Shown: positions 25,158 to 35,789 of the stretch, piece after piece | Numbering within the stretch: position 1 is the stretch's first letter | Layout of the letters: each line of letters opens with the position of its first letter | Source: a virus | Taxonomy: Duplodnaviria; Caudoviricetes | Length of the DNA: 64,000 nt | Reading direction: 5' to 3' (one strand) | Virus record (IMG/VR): IMGVR_UViG_3300044634_000910 | Span: 16,435-80,434 of that record | Made by a program: the position numbers and the translations under genes | Notes under the pieces: model-generated | The model's database searches: none | What the model saw: the letters and a program-made list of their open reading frames with translations, nothing else | Told to the model about the DNA's origin: nothing

Positions 25158-26160
25158 TTAGTTTAGCCTTGATTGATTCTTGCAAGTCAAGATCCTCTCT
25201 TACACGATTAACAAACGCTTCCTTGCCCTGCACTTTTGTTCCATCAGGAAGTATGTACCAGGCACCTGTACGCTCTACAATGCCGTTTAATTCTGCGGTA
25301 GTAACCAAATCACCAATGGTATCAAGACCAATATCGTCACCTCTAAAATAAAAATCGTACTCACCAGACTGGAACCCTGGAGAGGTTTTGGAGAACTGAA
25401 GTTCCCACTTAATAGTTCTACCAATCTTTTCTTCAATTAATTTATCTCCTACCTTGATCTTTCCCTTAATCGCTTGATTGTCTGACTCTGAAGAAAAGAG
25501 TTTAATAATACATGAGGAATAAAACTTAGTAGCCTGACCACCAGAAGGCTGCTGGCTAGTATACATAGCATTAATATTATTACGAGACTGAGAAATGAGA
25601 ACAAGCAAAGTTGGCTTAACTTTATTGTTTGCATAGTTAAGCATTTTCCATGCGTTACTAAAGTCACGGGATTCTGCTCCAATCTGCTTTGTGTTTTCCA
25701 AAGCCTTCATTTCATCTGTGTCCTTTTCAAAATAAATTGCAGGAAGCATAGATGTAATAGAGTCTACCACAATTAAATCAACTCCAGCATTCATCAGCCC
25801 TACTCCAACATCTACCATGTCACTGATAGTTCTTGCTTGTGAGTAGATTAGTTTTTCTGGATCTACACCAAGAGTTCTAGCCCATTCTTCTGAGTACGAC
25901 ATCTCTGAGTCAATCCATGCACACAACTTGCCCTCTGCCTGTGCTAAAGCAATCATTTGAAGGCACATAGAGGACTTTGCAGAAGACTTAGAACCCCAGA
26001 TAAGGACTTGTCTGCCGTAAGGAAGCCCACCACCCAAGGCACGGTTCAAACCAAAACTGGGTGTAGGCTGGTACTCATAGTTAACTCCTACCCCGCTACC
26101 CAATCTCTTTCTTAACTTTGGGTCAAGTTGTGCTAACGCTTCTTCTATACTAACTGACAT
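25150..26160 (-). CDS. recA: RecA-like recombinase
   Basis: LGGGLPYGR, GSKSSAKS (variant Walker A), WIDSE, IVVDSI, GGQATKFY, GAWY. Confidence 0.92.
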   Translation of the reverse strand: MSVSIEEALAQLDPKLRKRLGSGVGVNYEYQPTPSFGLNRALGGGLPYGRQVLIWGSKSSAKSSMCLQMIALAQAEGKLCAWIDSEMSYSEEWARTLGVDPEKLIYSQARTISDMVDVGVGLMNAGVDLIVVDSITSMLPAIYFEKDTDEMKALENTKQIGAESRDFSNAWKMLNYANNKVKPTLLVLISQSRNNINAMYTSQQPSGGQATKFYSSCIIKLFSSESDNQAIKGKIKVGDKLIEEKIGRTIKWELQFSKTSPGFQSGEYDFYFRGDDIGLDTIGDLVTTAELNGIVERTGAWYILPDGTKVQGKEAFVNRVREDLDLQESIKAKLNG

Positions 26161-29100
26161 GTACATCCTCCAATGTTACGGTTCCGTCTTTAGTCTTACC
26201 AAAATCAAACTTATAAGATTTTCCTTCTTCAATATGCATGTACGCTTTTGCAAAAGATGTAGGGAAAACTGTAATAGAATGCAGATCTCTACTTGTATCT
26301 GCAAGTGTAAGAGATGCCATCTTCTTGCCAGTCTTTGTAACTCTTGGTTTAAAAGAGACTACAAACATTTCATCATCTTTGTATGGAAGTTGCTTATAAC
26401 TTAAGAACTTTACAAGAGCATGTGATGATTCTTTTATCTCATCTGAAGGTATGAAAGAAACAATCCTATTATCATTACACAAGACCAGATAAGAACGACC
26501 TGTCTCAATAGTTGTATTTTCATCATCAAATATACCGACACTGCCAGTTTTGTCCAAAATTTCAACTCGTGACCATCCTGTTCCTCGTTTAATAGATTTT
26601 ACCATACCCATAAAAATGTATGATCCTTTTTCTTCAAAGTCTACAATATCCTGAATGAACGCATAATAATGAGAAGGTATTGTAATATTAAACTCTGGAA
26701 GGTTTAAGTATTCATACAGGTTCTCTTTAATCTCCTGATCATTTCTGGGATTATCATTAAATGTTGCTGCACCAATTACTTTTAGTGCCTGGAGTGCACG
26801 GCTGTTTACTCCGTTTCCTTTTGTAAAGGTAAACTCTTCGAGTTCTTTATATGAACTAAAAGGTCGTGCTGAGATATATCTCTCACCAATCTTGTCAGAT
26901 ATGAACTTGATAGCACTGAGTCCAAACCTAATGCCCTTACCCTCAATCTTAAAATCAATATCCGAATCGTTAATGTGAGGTAACTTAATGCTAATGCCCA
27001 TTCTTTTTGCTTCAATAAGGTATTCAGTTCTTGCATCTTTGTCCTTTTCATTCTTTAGCACTGAGTACATAAACTCAAGTGGGTAATAATACTTTAACCA
27101 TGCTGTCCAATAGGATAGCGTTGAGTATGCTACTGCGTGAGATTTATTAAATGAATACCCTGCGTGAGCCTCAAAGTCATGCCATAGATCACGAGCAGCG
27201 TTAGGAGCAATAAACTTAGATGCACCCTCTACGAACTTCTCTTTAAACTGATCAAATTCTTTAGCATCTTTTTTCTTGCCAATGATTTTTCTAACTTTAT
27301 CTGCTTCCGACATGGACATACCGCCAAGGTGTACGCATGCTTGCATAACCTGTTCCTGGTAAAGAATACAGCCATATGTGTCCTCCGTAAATTGTTTTAG
27401 TACTTGGTGAGTATAGGAAATGTTTTGACGACCATGCTTACGATCAACATAGTCCTTACCAATAGTATTCATTGCACCTGGACGAACAAGAGCATTTGAT
27501 GCTGCAAGTTCATTTAGATTCTTGACACCCATCTTAACAAGAAGGTTTGTGTATGGTGCTGCTTCACACTGAAACACTCCCTTTGTATATCCGTCAGATA
27601 GCATCTGATAAACATTTGCATCATCCATCTTGATCTTAAGAAGGTCGATCTTCTTTCCATCTCGCTCTTTAATAATATCAATTGTATTCTTAAGAACAGA
27701 CAATGTCTTAAGACCAAGCGCATCAATCTTAATTAAACCAATTCTTTCAGCCTCTTCCATGTCAACACCAACTACTGGAATTCTTTCGTCAGACCCAGTA
27801 GATGATCTTGTTTCAAGTGGTGCATACCTAAAGATTGGTTCTTTTGCAGTTACAACACCAGCAGCGTGAATACCTGTGCCACGAATTCGACCACGAAGTT
27901 GTTCTCCGTAAACCTCTACCTCTGGATACTTCTCACGAAACTCGTATGTTGATTTTGATGTACAGAAATCATCCCATGTATCTACAGTCTTTAAAACCTT
28001 ATTAACATCTGATAGAGGAATGTTTAATACTCGTGCAACATCTCTAACAATTCCCTTACCTGTAAACTCAAGGAAGGTGGCAATAGATGCAACATGTCGA
28101 TACTGTCTAACAAGATAATCTTTAACTTCTTCACGACGAGTATCTTGAATATCTGTATCGATATCTGGGAAGTCGTTACGCTCTGGATTAATAAAGCGGA
28201 AGAACAAAAGATTGTGCTCAATAGGATCAATGTCTGTAATCTTTAATGCATAACAAACCAGAGAACCAGCAGATGAGCCACGACCTGGGCCTACCATAAT
28301 CTCTTCCTTCTTGGCCCAGTTGATCATGTTACTTACAACAAGGAAGTAGGGCGCAAACTTCTTATCCTTAATAATCTGCAACTCTTCTTCAAGTCTATCA
28401 AGGTACTCTTGGTTTTCTGACAAACCTCGCTCTACCAAACCTTCCAATGCAGCCTTTGCAAGTTCCTTGTCAGGACTCTTATACTGTACTGGTAAAAGGT
28501 TTAGTCCTTCTTGAATGCCATAGTCTCCTACTGTCTCTGCTAATAGGAGTGTGTTTGAGTAGATGTCTGGTCTATCAATACCCTGCGCTTCCATGGCTGC
28601 TTTGATCTCTTCATAAGATAGAAGGTGGATGTCAAACTTATTAAATGACATCTGACGGTCTTCGCCATAGAGATAATCAAGGCGCTGCATCATGTTGCCT
28701 TTTTTCTTTGATTTTTCATATGTTGTATCTTTTACAAACTTACCATGTGTGTTCATAAGCAACTTAAACTCTTGAACTTCTTTTTGTGATGGGTCAACAT
28801 GGTGGCAGTCTGGTGTAACAATAACTTTGATATCAAACTCATCCGCAAGTTCTATTAAATACTTATTTATGTGTGCTTCATTGTGAGGCATAACCTCAAT
28901 GTAGTAGTCATCAGCAAAGCGCTCTTTAAACCAAGAGATGTATTTCTTTGCAAGAGCAAACTCTTCTTCCTCAAGTGCTTTAACTAAAACGCTACTTGGG
29001 CAAGCAGAAGAAACAATAATTCCTTCTTTATATTTTTCTAATATAGTAAAATCAAATCTTGGCTTCTTAAAGAAACCATCTGTCCAAGATAGTTCACTAA

Positions 29101-29425
29101 TCTTATTAAGGTTTTCCAAACCAATTTGATTCTTGGCTAGAAGGATAATGTGGTTGTAGACAAGGTCTTGTTGACCTTCTCTTTCAGACTTATCTCGTGT
29201 ATCAGATATGTCTGCACACATGTATCCTTCTAGACCTAGAATTGGCTTAATGCCCTTTGCTTTTGCAATACGGTGCAGTTCCCTATGCCCAGATAAAGTA
29301 CCGTGGTCAGTGATGGCAATTGCTGGCATCCCTAACTCAACTGCACGGTTCACGTATTCTTCTGGAGTAGCAATCCCATCAAATAAACTAAAATGGGTAT
29401 GGACATGTAAGCCGACGTAGTTCAT
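26150..29425 (-). CDS. dnaE: DNA polymerase III alpha subunit
   Basis: PHP LHVHTHFSLFDG, AITDHG, GPGRGSSAGS, PDIDTD, YSFNKSHA. Confidence 0.96.
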   Translation of the reverse strand: MNYVGLHVHTHFSLFDGIATPEEYVNRAVELGMPAIAITDHGTLSGHRELHRIAKAKGIKPILGLEGYMCADISDTRDKSEREGQQDLVYNHIILLAKNQIGLENLNKISELSWTDGFFKKPRFDFTILEKYKEGIIVSSACPSSVLVKALEEEEFALAKKYISWFKERFADDYYIEVMPHNEAHINKYLIELADEFDIKVIVTPDCHHVDPSQKEVQEFKLLMNTHGKFVKDTTYEKSKKKGNMMQRLDYLYGEDRQMSFNKFDIHLLSYEEIKAAMEAQGIDRPDIYSNTLLLAETVGDYGIQEGLNLLPVQYKSPDKELAKAALEGLVERGLSENQEYLDRLEEELQIIKDKKFAPYFLVVSNMINWAKKEEIMVGPGRGSSAGSLVCYALKITDIDPIEHNLLFFRFINPERNDFPDIDTDIQDTRREEVKDYLVRQYRHVASIATFLEFTGKGIVRDVARVLNIPLSDVNKVLKTVDTWDDFCTSKSTYEFREKYPEVEVYGEQLRGRIRGTGIHAAGVVTAKEPIFRYAPLETRSSTGSDERIPVVGVDMEEAERIGLIKIDALGLKTLSVLKNTIDIIKERDGKKIDLLKIKMDDANVYQMLSDGYTKGVFQCEAAPYTNLLVKMGVKNLNELAASNALVRPGAMNTIGKDYVDRKHGRQNISYTHQVLKQFTEDTYGCILYQEQVMQACVHLGGMSMSEADKVRKIIGKKKDAKEFDQFKEKFVEGASKFIAPNAARDLWHDFEAHAGYSFNKSHAVAYSTLSYWTAWLKYYYPLEFMYSVLKNEKDKDARTEYLIEAKRMGISIKLPHINDSDIDFKIEGKGIRFGLSAIKFISDKIGERYISARPFSSYKELEEFTFTKGNGVNSRALQALKVIGAATFNDNPRNDQEIKENLYEYLNLPEFNITIPSHYYAFIQDIVDFEEKGSYIFMGMVKSIKRGTGWSRVEILDKTGSVGIFDDENTTIETGRSYLVLCNDNRIVSFIPSDEIKESSHALVKFLSYKQLPYKDDEMFVVSFKPRVTKTGKKMASLTLADTSRDLHSITVFPTSFAKAYMHIEEGKSYKFDFGKTKDGTVTLEDVHVS

Positions 29426-29426
29426 A

Positions 29427-30080
29427 TTACCAATCAGCGTTTGTTGCTGAAGTGGCAGATGGGCCATCAAAGCCCAAATAGAACGCTTCTTGTTCTGCGT
29501 AAGGAACCTTGCGTAGTGCAGATTCTAGTGGGTAAGGCTTAATGTCTCCCCAGTTAAATGGTTCCTTGTCTGGTGCAGATGGAATTAGTGTGTAGTTAGT
29601 TTCAGTTCCCTGACCATTACGCTTTAACTTCCACTGTACATTTGAGATGCTTCCTGTTTCAAGTGCATACTCACGAATTGTGTTGAATGATGATTGCTTG
29701 CTGATACCCATTGACCAGATTGCAACATATGGTGCTTCAATGCCATCGTCTACAAGAACGTTGCAATAGAAACGAAGACGTGCTCTCCAGCCAGCCTTTG
29801 GATCCTTGCGGTGCATTTCTTCAGCCCAGTCACGACCTTCTGTATCCATTGTGTCTACAGCCTTGCGCTTGTAGTCCTTTGGGTTTGTGTGTTCTGATAC
29901 AACGATTGCTAGACCACGCTCTGCATTGTAGTTTGCTGAGTCTTCGTCAAGTTCTTCTAAAAATCTAATCTTTACAGACTGACCGTCTGCAAGTTTTAGC
30001 CACTTAACCTTTGGGCCGTCGCCACCCTTTGGGCCATCTAGTACTGGGCCCATCTCTTTGATTCCTCTTAGTATTGCCAT
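29427..30080 (-). CDS. Single-stranded DNA-binding protein (gp32-like)
   Basis: Position between primase and polymerase, KRNGQGTETNY, C-terminal ADW; own promoter. Confidence 0.7.
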   Translation of the reverse strand: MAILRGIKEMGPVLDGPKGGDGPKVKWLKLADGQSVKIRFLEELDEDSANYNAERGLAIVVSEHTNPKDYKRKAVDTMDTEGRDWAEEMHRKDPKAGWRARLRFYCNVLVDDGIEAPYVAIWSMGISKQSSFNTIREYALETGSISNVQWKLKRNGQGTETNYTLIPSAPDKEPFNWGDIKPYPLESALRKVPYAEQEAFYLGFDGPSATSATNADW

Positions 30081-30104
30081 GTGTTTCTCCTTTGTGTCGT
30101 TATG

Positions 30105-31049
30105 TTAGTTTAGCATAGACTGTATTGATTTGTCAAACTGGAAGTCCAGTTCTTTAATTGACTTATCGTCCATGTCGCCTATATCTTTATATTCTTTATT
30201 TAGTTGTATTACGGATACACGAGAACCAAGTTTTTCAACTATCTTGGTTTTCATATTTCCACCTGCTTCATCATTATCCGCAATAACAATTATATCATTG
30301 AAGTACTTTTGAAGCAACTCTATCTGTATATTAGAAACATTTGATCCAAGTGTAGCGACAGCAGGAAGTCCTACCTGATCAAGCCTGATGGCATCAAATG
30401 ATGACTCAACAACGTAAACTGTTCCAGAACTTTTTACCCTATGCAAATTAAATAATGTCTTAGACTTTGGAAGTCCTGGAGTATTTTTAAACTCCTTACC
30501 TTCAATCGATCTGCCAACAAACCCAATTGGTAAGCCATCTGGACTGTGAACTGGAACAGTAACCATATCTTGTTTATCTGAATACCCTAAAGAAAATTTA
30601 GAAGCAGAATCTTTTGTTATTTTCCTATAAGTAAAATAATCTTTTGCTCTATCAGATGATAAAAGGTTATTATGTAGACGCTTAAGAACTAACTCGTCAA
30701 ACATTGTAAACTCTGGCTTTTTATATAGTGCCCTGTCAATGTCTGTTTCAATACTTGTATCTGTCTCTTTGCTCTTTATAAATCTTGCAGCCTCAAAGTA
30801 TGTCCTGTTTGACATGTGCATAACAAATTCGATAAATCCAGTTACGTGGTGGCATGCAAAGCAAAAGAAGGTTCCGTTGTTTTTATCTATTTCTCCCGCT
30901 GGGGTCCTGTTGTTGTTGTGATATGGACAAAAAATAATATAGTCTGAGTCAACCTCAGACTCAATCGTTACACCTGTTCCTGTGAGAACTCTTTTGATTT
31001 GTTCTTTTGTGTATAGATTGCTGTGCTTCCGTCTATTCCTGCTATCCAT
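30105..31049 (-). CDS. dnaG: DNA primase (CHC2 zinc finger plus TOPRIM)
   Basis: CPYH...FFCFAC, VVESSFD, ADNDEAG. Confidence 0.92.
   Translation of the reverse strand: MDSRNRRKHSNLYTKEQIKRVLTGTGVTIESEVDSDYIIFCPYHNNNRTPAGEIDKNNGTFFCFACHHVTGFIEFVMHMSNRTYFEAARFIKSKETDTSIETDIDRALYKKPEFTMFDELVLKRLHNNLLSSDRAKDYFTYRKITKDSASKFSLGYSDKQDMVTVPVHSPDGLPIGFVGRSIEGKEFKNTPGLPKSKTLFNLHRVKSSGTVYVVESSFDAIRLDQVGLPAVATLGSNVSNIQIELLQKYFNDIIVIADNDEAGGNMKTKIVEKLGSRVSVIQLNKEYKDIGDMDDKSIKELDFQFDKSIQSMLN
30107..30136 (-). promoter_or_regulatory. Sigma70/sigmaA promoter for SSB
   Basis: TTGACA-18 nt-TAAACT with TG extension. Confidence 0.7.
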
Positions 31050-31321
31050 TCGCTTTGTTTTCTCCCCGTATATGTTCCGTGTACTGTTAACTGAAATTCA
31101 AAATATTTTTTATTGTGGTTATAGTCTAATGTAAAGTCTGGTAATATATCGATTCTTGGAACATACCCCGAAAGTCGCATCTCTGACTCAAGGAGTCTAA
31201 CATACTCTTCCTTAAGTCTGCCAAGTGCTGACTCATCATGTATAACCCCATCAAGGTAAAACTTTTTGATAGGCTTATGATGATAGAAGGTAGGCGGAAT
31301 ATTTTCCTTACTTTTCGACAT
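30968..31321 (-). CDS. Hypothetical protein
   Basis: ORF track; between helicase and primase. Confidence 0.65.
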   Translation of the reverse strand: MSKSKENIPPTFYHHKPIKKFYLDGVIHDESALGRLKEEYVRLLESEMRLSGYVPRIDILPDFTLDYNHNKKYFEFQLTVHGTYTGRKQSEWIAGIDGSTAIYTQKNKSKEFSQEQV

Positions 31322-31333
31322 ACCATATTATAA

Positions 31334-32554
31334 CTACTTATCTTCATAATCTTTGTACCTGTAGTATCCCTTGTCAAAATCAACCTGGACTAAAAAATCT
31401 CCCATGAATCCATTACGATTCTTTCTAAAAGCACACTCAATAATGTCGCTATTGGATGCACGGCCCAAGGCAATAACCCAGTCTGCATCGTAGGCAATCT
31501 GTCTCGACCATGCTGTCTGTCCAAGAGTTGGCACACCGCTAAGATCATTGACATCGTCTGGTGTAGCAGATGAGATAGCAATGATAGGAACTTCTTCACC
31601 AATAGCCATCAGTTTAAGTTCTCGTGAAAGGTTCTTCATTCGTACAGTTTCATTATCTGACTTCTGGTTTGGAGCCATCAACTGAAGGTAGTCAACGATT
31701 ACAAAGTCTGGCTTGTACTGGTCAATCTTTCCACGAAGAACTGATGGGTTGATTTCTCCACCTTGGTCATTTGAAATAATATGAAACTCTGGCTTACCCT
31801 TTAAGTGTCTTTCGTGCCAAGCCTTAAGAGTGTCTAACTCAACATCTCCGTTAGATAGTTTTCTATGTGACCAAAGTCCTTCTCCCATAATTGTAAAGAC
31901 ACGGTTACGAACTTCTGTCTCAGACATCTCAAGAGAGATTACAAGTGGTGTCTTACCCTGCTTCCAGGCCTGTACAGCAAAGTAAAGAGCCATCCAGGAC
32001 TTTCCTATACCTGGGTATGCTAAGAAGACTCCTAACTGCCCTGGCATAATTCCAGAAGGAAGATAGTTGTCGAATCCTGGAAGATTTGTTTTAATTCCAA
32101 CATGACCTGCTGCCTGTTGAATCTTTAGGTTTTCAAAGTATGCAATTGCAGACTCTAAGTCTGTTACATCAATGTCACGAATTGCTGAAGTATTTTTCTT
32201 TAACTCTGATGTCTGTGTAATTAAATCATTTAGTGCAACATTGCCTTGGTTATTCTGAACATTAGTTGCAGCAGACCTTAATATATCTTTTAGGCTGTCA
32301 TTTAAGTATTCGCCCTGCAACTCTTCTAAATGGTGCTTAGTTGCACCAACATTGTCTATTGGTGAGAAGTCTCTAAACTTTTCTGTTACAAGTTCTGCAG
32401 GAGGAAGAGACTTGTTATTCTCAAAGTATAGCCTGATAAAGTTCCAGATATCTCCATGAGTTCTGAGCAAGTTGTCTACGTTTGCCTGTAAAAGAACGTG
32501 AATCTGCTTGTCTTGAAGAACTGCAGTAATTAGTTTGGACTCTGTATTATTCAC
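31334..32554 (-). CDS. dnaB: Replicative DNA helicase
   Basis: AYPGIGKS, SLEMS, VDYLQLM, IAYDAD, KNRNG. Confidence 0.93.
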   Translation of the reverse strand: MNNTESKLITAVLQDKQIHVLLQANVDNLLRTHGDIWNFIRLYFENNKSLPPAELVTEKFRDFSPIDNVGATKHHLEELQGEYLNDSLKDILRSAATNVQNNQGNVALNDLITQTSELKKNTSAIRDIDVTDLESAIAYFENLKIQQAAGHVGIKTNLPGFDNYLPSGIMPGQLGVFLAYPGIGKSWMALYFAVQAWKQGKTPLVISLEMSETEVRNRVFTIMGEGLWSHRKLSNGDVELDTLKAWHERHLKGKPEFHIISNDQGGEINPSVLRGKIDQYKPDFVIVDYLQLMAPNQKSDNETVRMKNLSRELKLMAIGEEVPIIAISSATPDDVNDLSGVPTLGQTAWSRQIAYDADWVIALGRASNSDIIECAFRKNRNGFMGDFLVQVDFDKGYYRYKDYEDK

Positions 32555-32855
32555 TTAGCCACTCCTTTGCCATTCTTCTACGCTCTGCTCTCTCTTCATC
32601 GTCTCTTTTTTTATCTTTTTGTGCCTGTAAAATTTTTTCTGCGTTATAAGCAAAGTAGTTCCACGACGGATTCTCTGCAACTGAAAAGTAATACTCAAGT
32701 ATATCGTAACACCCAGAAAGTCCGTATGACTCTACAAGGCCATCAGAGGCCCACTGCTCTACGTTTAGATTAAGTGATGGCTTTGACTCGTACCTTGCGG
32801 TATGATACTTGCTGTATCTTGAAAGCAAAGCCATACGGTCTTTGCGTTCAGCCAT
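32547..32855 (-). CDS. Hypothetical protein
   Basis: ORF track. Confidence 0.7.
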   Translation of the reverse strand: MAERKDRMALLSRYSKYHTARYESKPSLNLNVEQWASDGLVESYGLSGCYDILEYYFSVAENPSWNYFAYNAEKILQAQKDKKRDDEERAERRRMAKEWLSE

Positions 32856-33082
32856 TACTCGTTTATTTCAGACTTTGCTTCGTTAATCTTTTCAGTTAAC
32901 TTATCTTCTACAAACTTATACACACGCTCAAATGCCTGGTTAACATTTTCTTCACTTTTACGTGAATCTACAACGCCAAGATCAAGTCTTAGTGATTGAA
33001 AATTTCCTAGATTTAATGTGTATCCAAGCGTTACAGATACCTTTGTTGGTTCATTCGTTACTACATAATTGCTGTCTGACAT
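32855..33082 (-). CDS. Hypothetical protein
   Basis: VTLGYTLNLGNFQSLRLD; start moved downstream. Confidence 0.7.
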   Translation of the reverse strand: MSDSNYVVTNEPTKVSVTLGYTLNLGNFQSLRLDLGVVDSRKSEENVNQAFERVYKFVEDKLTEKINEAKSEINE

Positions 33083-33095
33083 TTCATACCCTTCG

Positions 33096-33638
33096 TTAAA
33101 TAGATTCAGACCAGATAGGAATGAATCGTCCATCTTCAGTTCTCGTATATGTAAGTATACCATCGCCCATTCTTCGTGTCAACTCTTGTTTGCTTGGGGT
33201 GATATCGTTTGTTATTAAATTATCTTTTCTTGGTCTACCAATATGGTATGTAGCAAGTATATCACGAATCTCTCTTACCTGTGATTCTGAGTAATATGAT
33301 CTTACTTGAAATCCTCTTGCGCCTCCCTTTTGAGATCCCGTTGGAAATGGAATGATTCCTCGTCTCATTAATGATGGCATGTATTTTTTATGACGATTAA
33401 CTAAATCAGCAGTCTCTCTAACAGTGTATGCTCGTTCACGCTTCTTTTTAAAATCAGAAATTAAACAACTTTCAATTTGATCTTTTGTTATATTGTAAAC
33501 AGACATAATACCATTAGACTTATTGAGATGATGGACTCTTACTAAGTCTCCGTTTAAGAACCAAACTTTTTTATTCCCTGGAATTACAGGGAGGACATTG
33601 TAGCCTTCGCTCTCGATACTTCCCTTTTTAATAGCCAT
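33096..33638 (-). CDS. HTH DNA-binding protein (MerR-like)
   Basis: YTVRETADLVNRH...RGIIP...R.YYSE. Confidence 0.65.
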   Translation of the reverse strand: MAIKKGSIESEGYNVLPVIPGNKKVWFLNGDLVRVHHLNKSNGIMSVYNITKDQIESCLISDFKKKRERAYTVRETADLVNRHKKYMPSLMRRGIIPFPTGSQKGGARGFQVRSYYSESQVREIRDILATYHIGRPRKDNLITNDITPSKQELTRRMGDGILTYTRTEDGRFIPIWSESI

Positions 33639-33775
33639 AAACCCTCCGCAGAACTTGTTGGTGGATTAAAAAAATTTCTGTTGCCACAAGACATACAATA
33701 TGTTTCAAGGTGGCCGATTGTGCTGTACTGTCTATCAAGAAACATTCTTCCTTTGCACTTTGTACATTTCAGCAT
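33584..33775 (-). CDS. Zinc-ribbon protein
   Basis: CTKCKGRMF...CMSCG. Confidence 0.65.
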   Translation of the reverse strand: MLKCTKCKGRMFLDRQYSTIGHLETYCMSCGNRNFFNPPTSSAEGLWLLKREVSRAKATMSSL

Positions 33776-34218
33776 TAGTTTGGTACGCCAATGATAATAA
33801 GGTTTACATCTACAGAAACATCTCCAGAAGTGTTAAATCTAACTACTCCTTCAAGGCCTGAAGTTGTGACGCTCTTAAGGACAACTGTTACATTTTTGCC
33901 AGCAACAGTATTGCCAGTATTGATTGGTGTGGCTGTTGCAATTGGGGAGTACTTAAACTCTCCTGGAAAAGAATATGTAAAAGATTTTTCTTCACCTGCG
34001 GTTATGGTACCGCTATTAACAACACGAACATATCCACCAATTACTCTTGCCTCTGTTGCTTTAATGTTTTGCTTACCAGCGTTAGGTGTATCAATTGAGG
34101 TGTACTTGTATGTTGATGGTGATATTGCTGTTGACAGTTCATTGACTGCCTGGGCCAACTGAGAGATGTATGTAACATCTAAAGGTTGTCCTCTTTCTGG
34201 TAAAGGTATTTTTGCCAT
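33775..34218 (-). CDS. Putative minor tail/virion protein
   Basis: End of the tail operon; beta-rich. Confidence 0.55.
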   Translation of the reverse strand: MAKIPLPERGQPLDVTYISQLAQAVNELSTAISPSTYKYTSIDTPNAGKQNIKATEARVIGGYVRVVNSGTITAGEEKSFTYSFPGEFKYSPIATATPINTGNTVAGKNVTVVLKSVTTSGLEGVVRFNTSGDVSVDVNLIIIGVPN

Positions 34219-34236
34219 GGTTATATAATTATACCA

Positions 34237-34668
34237 CTAAACCGCTATTGGCGATGAGGTAAATAATGCAGCCCCAGAAAAATATTGCTTAGGATATGTT
34301 GGAAGTTGTACAGCAACACGCAGAGTTGAGACTGAATCTGCAATCAGTGTTGAAAACTGGGTTGACGATGAACTTGATATATATACCCAGTCAGCACTAT
34401 CTAATTTAAAATAGATATCATATTGCTTAATTGCCGATACAGTAGGCTGCTTCCAAACCATATTTACTACATTTGCAGTTACTGTTACAGAGCATTCTAA
34501 TTGCTCTGGAGATGGATTTGATACAGAATAATACGGTGACCAATGAGAAGATCTGTTCTTGTCTTCTGAGACTACTCTATATCTTACAGAGTGCTTTTGT
34601 GTGGTTCCATTAAATGCTGGAAGATCTTCTTTTTTGATAACTACCTTTTTTATTTGTGAGTCTGACAC
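34237..34668 (-). CDS. Putative tail protein (Fn3-like)
   Basis: YRVVSEDKNRSSHWSP; position. Confidence 0.55.
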   Translation of the reverse strand: MSDSQIKKVVIKKEDLPAFNGTTQKHSVRYRVVSEDKNRSSHWSPYYSVSNPSPEQLECSVTVTANVVNMVWKQPTVSAIKQYDIYFKLDSADWVYISSSSSTQFSTLIADSVSTLRVAVQLPTYPKQYFSGAALFTSSPIAV

Positions 34669-35786
34669 TATAGAACATCCATCCCAAACCTAAACTCAAT
34701 ATGATTAGTTGTATTAGCAGTCTTAGTAATCGTCTCTGCATTTTTATTTTTAATGACTGAGTATCCTGTTAGACCATAGACTGGGTTTGAAGATGTAGTA
34801 TTTTCTAATCGCAATGCATCTAAGCATACATAGTAATCATCTGATACTGCGCCATTTTTAATTACTGCAACATAAAACTTTACAACATCAACTACGCTCC
34901 AAGTAAAACCGTTGCTCTTGTACAAATCTTGGAATGATTTCTGTGAAACAAAATATCTATTAGTTGCAAAATCTACACCAGGATCAGACTCTTTAACTAC
35001 TGTCTCAAACCTTGCCCACTCTCCAGTTCCATGAACATCAGACTCTGCAAACTCTATCATTATTCTAACCTCATCTGGCTGAACATTTGATTCTCCGTCT
35101 TTATTGACTACAGAAAATGCAAGTCTAAGATCGTCTGTTGGTGCATTCTTATTAAAGTCAAGTGCTGCGCCAGTAAGGTGTATATGCTTTGAGGCAGGTG
35201 GAACAACCAAATGGCCACCAGATACAGAAAGGTTTGTCATGTCTCCTCTTATAACCATAATGTTATTTAAGAATCTGCATCTTTCATACCTGTTCACACG
35301 TTCCTGGTTTGTAAAAATCTTGTTGTCTGCATTTGTTTGAAACACTTGGTCCGTAATATTTATAATGTTGTCATCTGAATCTAATGGTGTGTAGTATACA
35401 GGAATCGCTGTTGCTGTTGTCGTTCCATGGTATTCCCAGTTTTCATTTGAAGTAAATGAATAAATGTTCTTGCTATCATATGCTCCTGCTGTTGGATTTG
35501 ATCCAGCAGACCAAACACCAACCTCTGTAATCTCATATCTTTCTGCTGTAGGAAGTTCTGCAGTAAAGACTATCTTTGATTGTCCGCCCTCTGTAACATA
35601 GCCACGAGATGTAATTGGCACACGAAACATCTCAAAATCTAATGCCTGTTTACCTGAGTAGTCTCCAAGAGTTGCGTCTGTATTTAGTGGCTTTGCTCCA
35701 CAGCCTATGGCAATATATGAAGCATATGCAGGTGCTTGACCTACAAGATACTTTGCCAGAATATTCTTGCCTGTATTAGTTATCAT
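34668..35786 (-). CDS. Putative tail/baseplate protein
   Basis: MITNTGK...YIAIG...ITEVGVW tail-collar-like N-terminus. Confidence 0.65.
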   Translation of the reverse strand: MITNTGKNILAKYLVGQAPAYASYIAIGCGAKPLNTDATLGDYSGKQALDFEMFRVPITSRGYVTEGGQSKIVFTAELPTAERYEITEVGVWSAGSNPTAGAYDSKNIYSFTSNENWEYHGTTTATAIPVYYTPLDSDDNIINITDQVFQTNADNKIFTNQERVNRYERCRFLNNIMVIRGDMTNLSVSGGHLVVPPASKHIHLTGAALDFNKNAPTDDLRLAFSVVNKDGESNVQPDEVRIMIEFAESDVHGTGEWARFETVVKESDPGVDFATNRYFVSQKSFQDLYKSNGFTWSVVDVVKFYVAVIKNGAVSDDYYVCLDALRLENTTSSNPVYGLTGYSVIKNKNAETITKTANTTNHIEFRFGMDVL

Positions 35787-35789
35787 TTT

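Noticed and set aside
26150-29425. Intein or intron in DnaE (also checked terminase, helicase, RecA)
   Set aside because: Lengths are typical, and no splicing or LAGLIDADG motifs are seen
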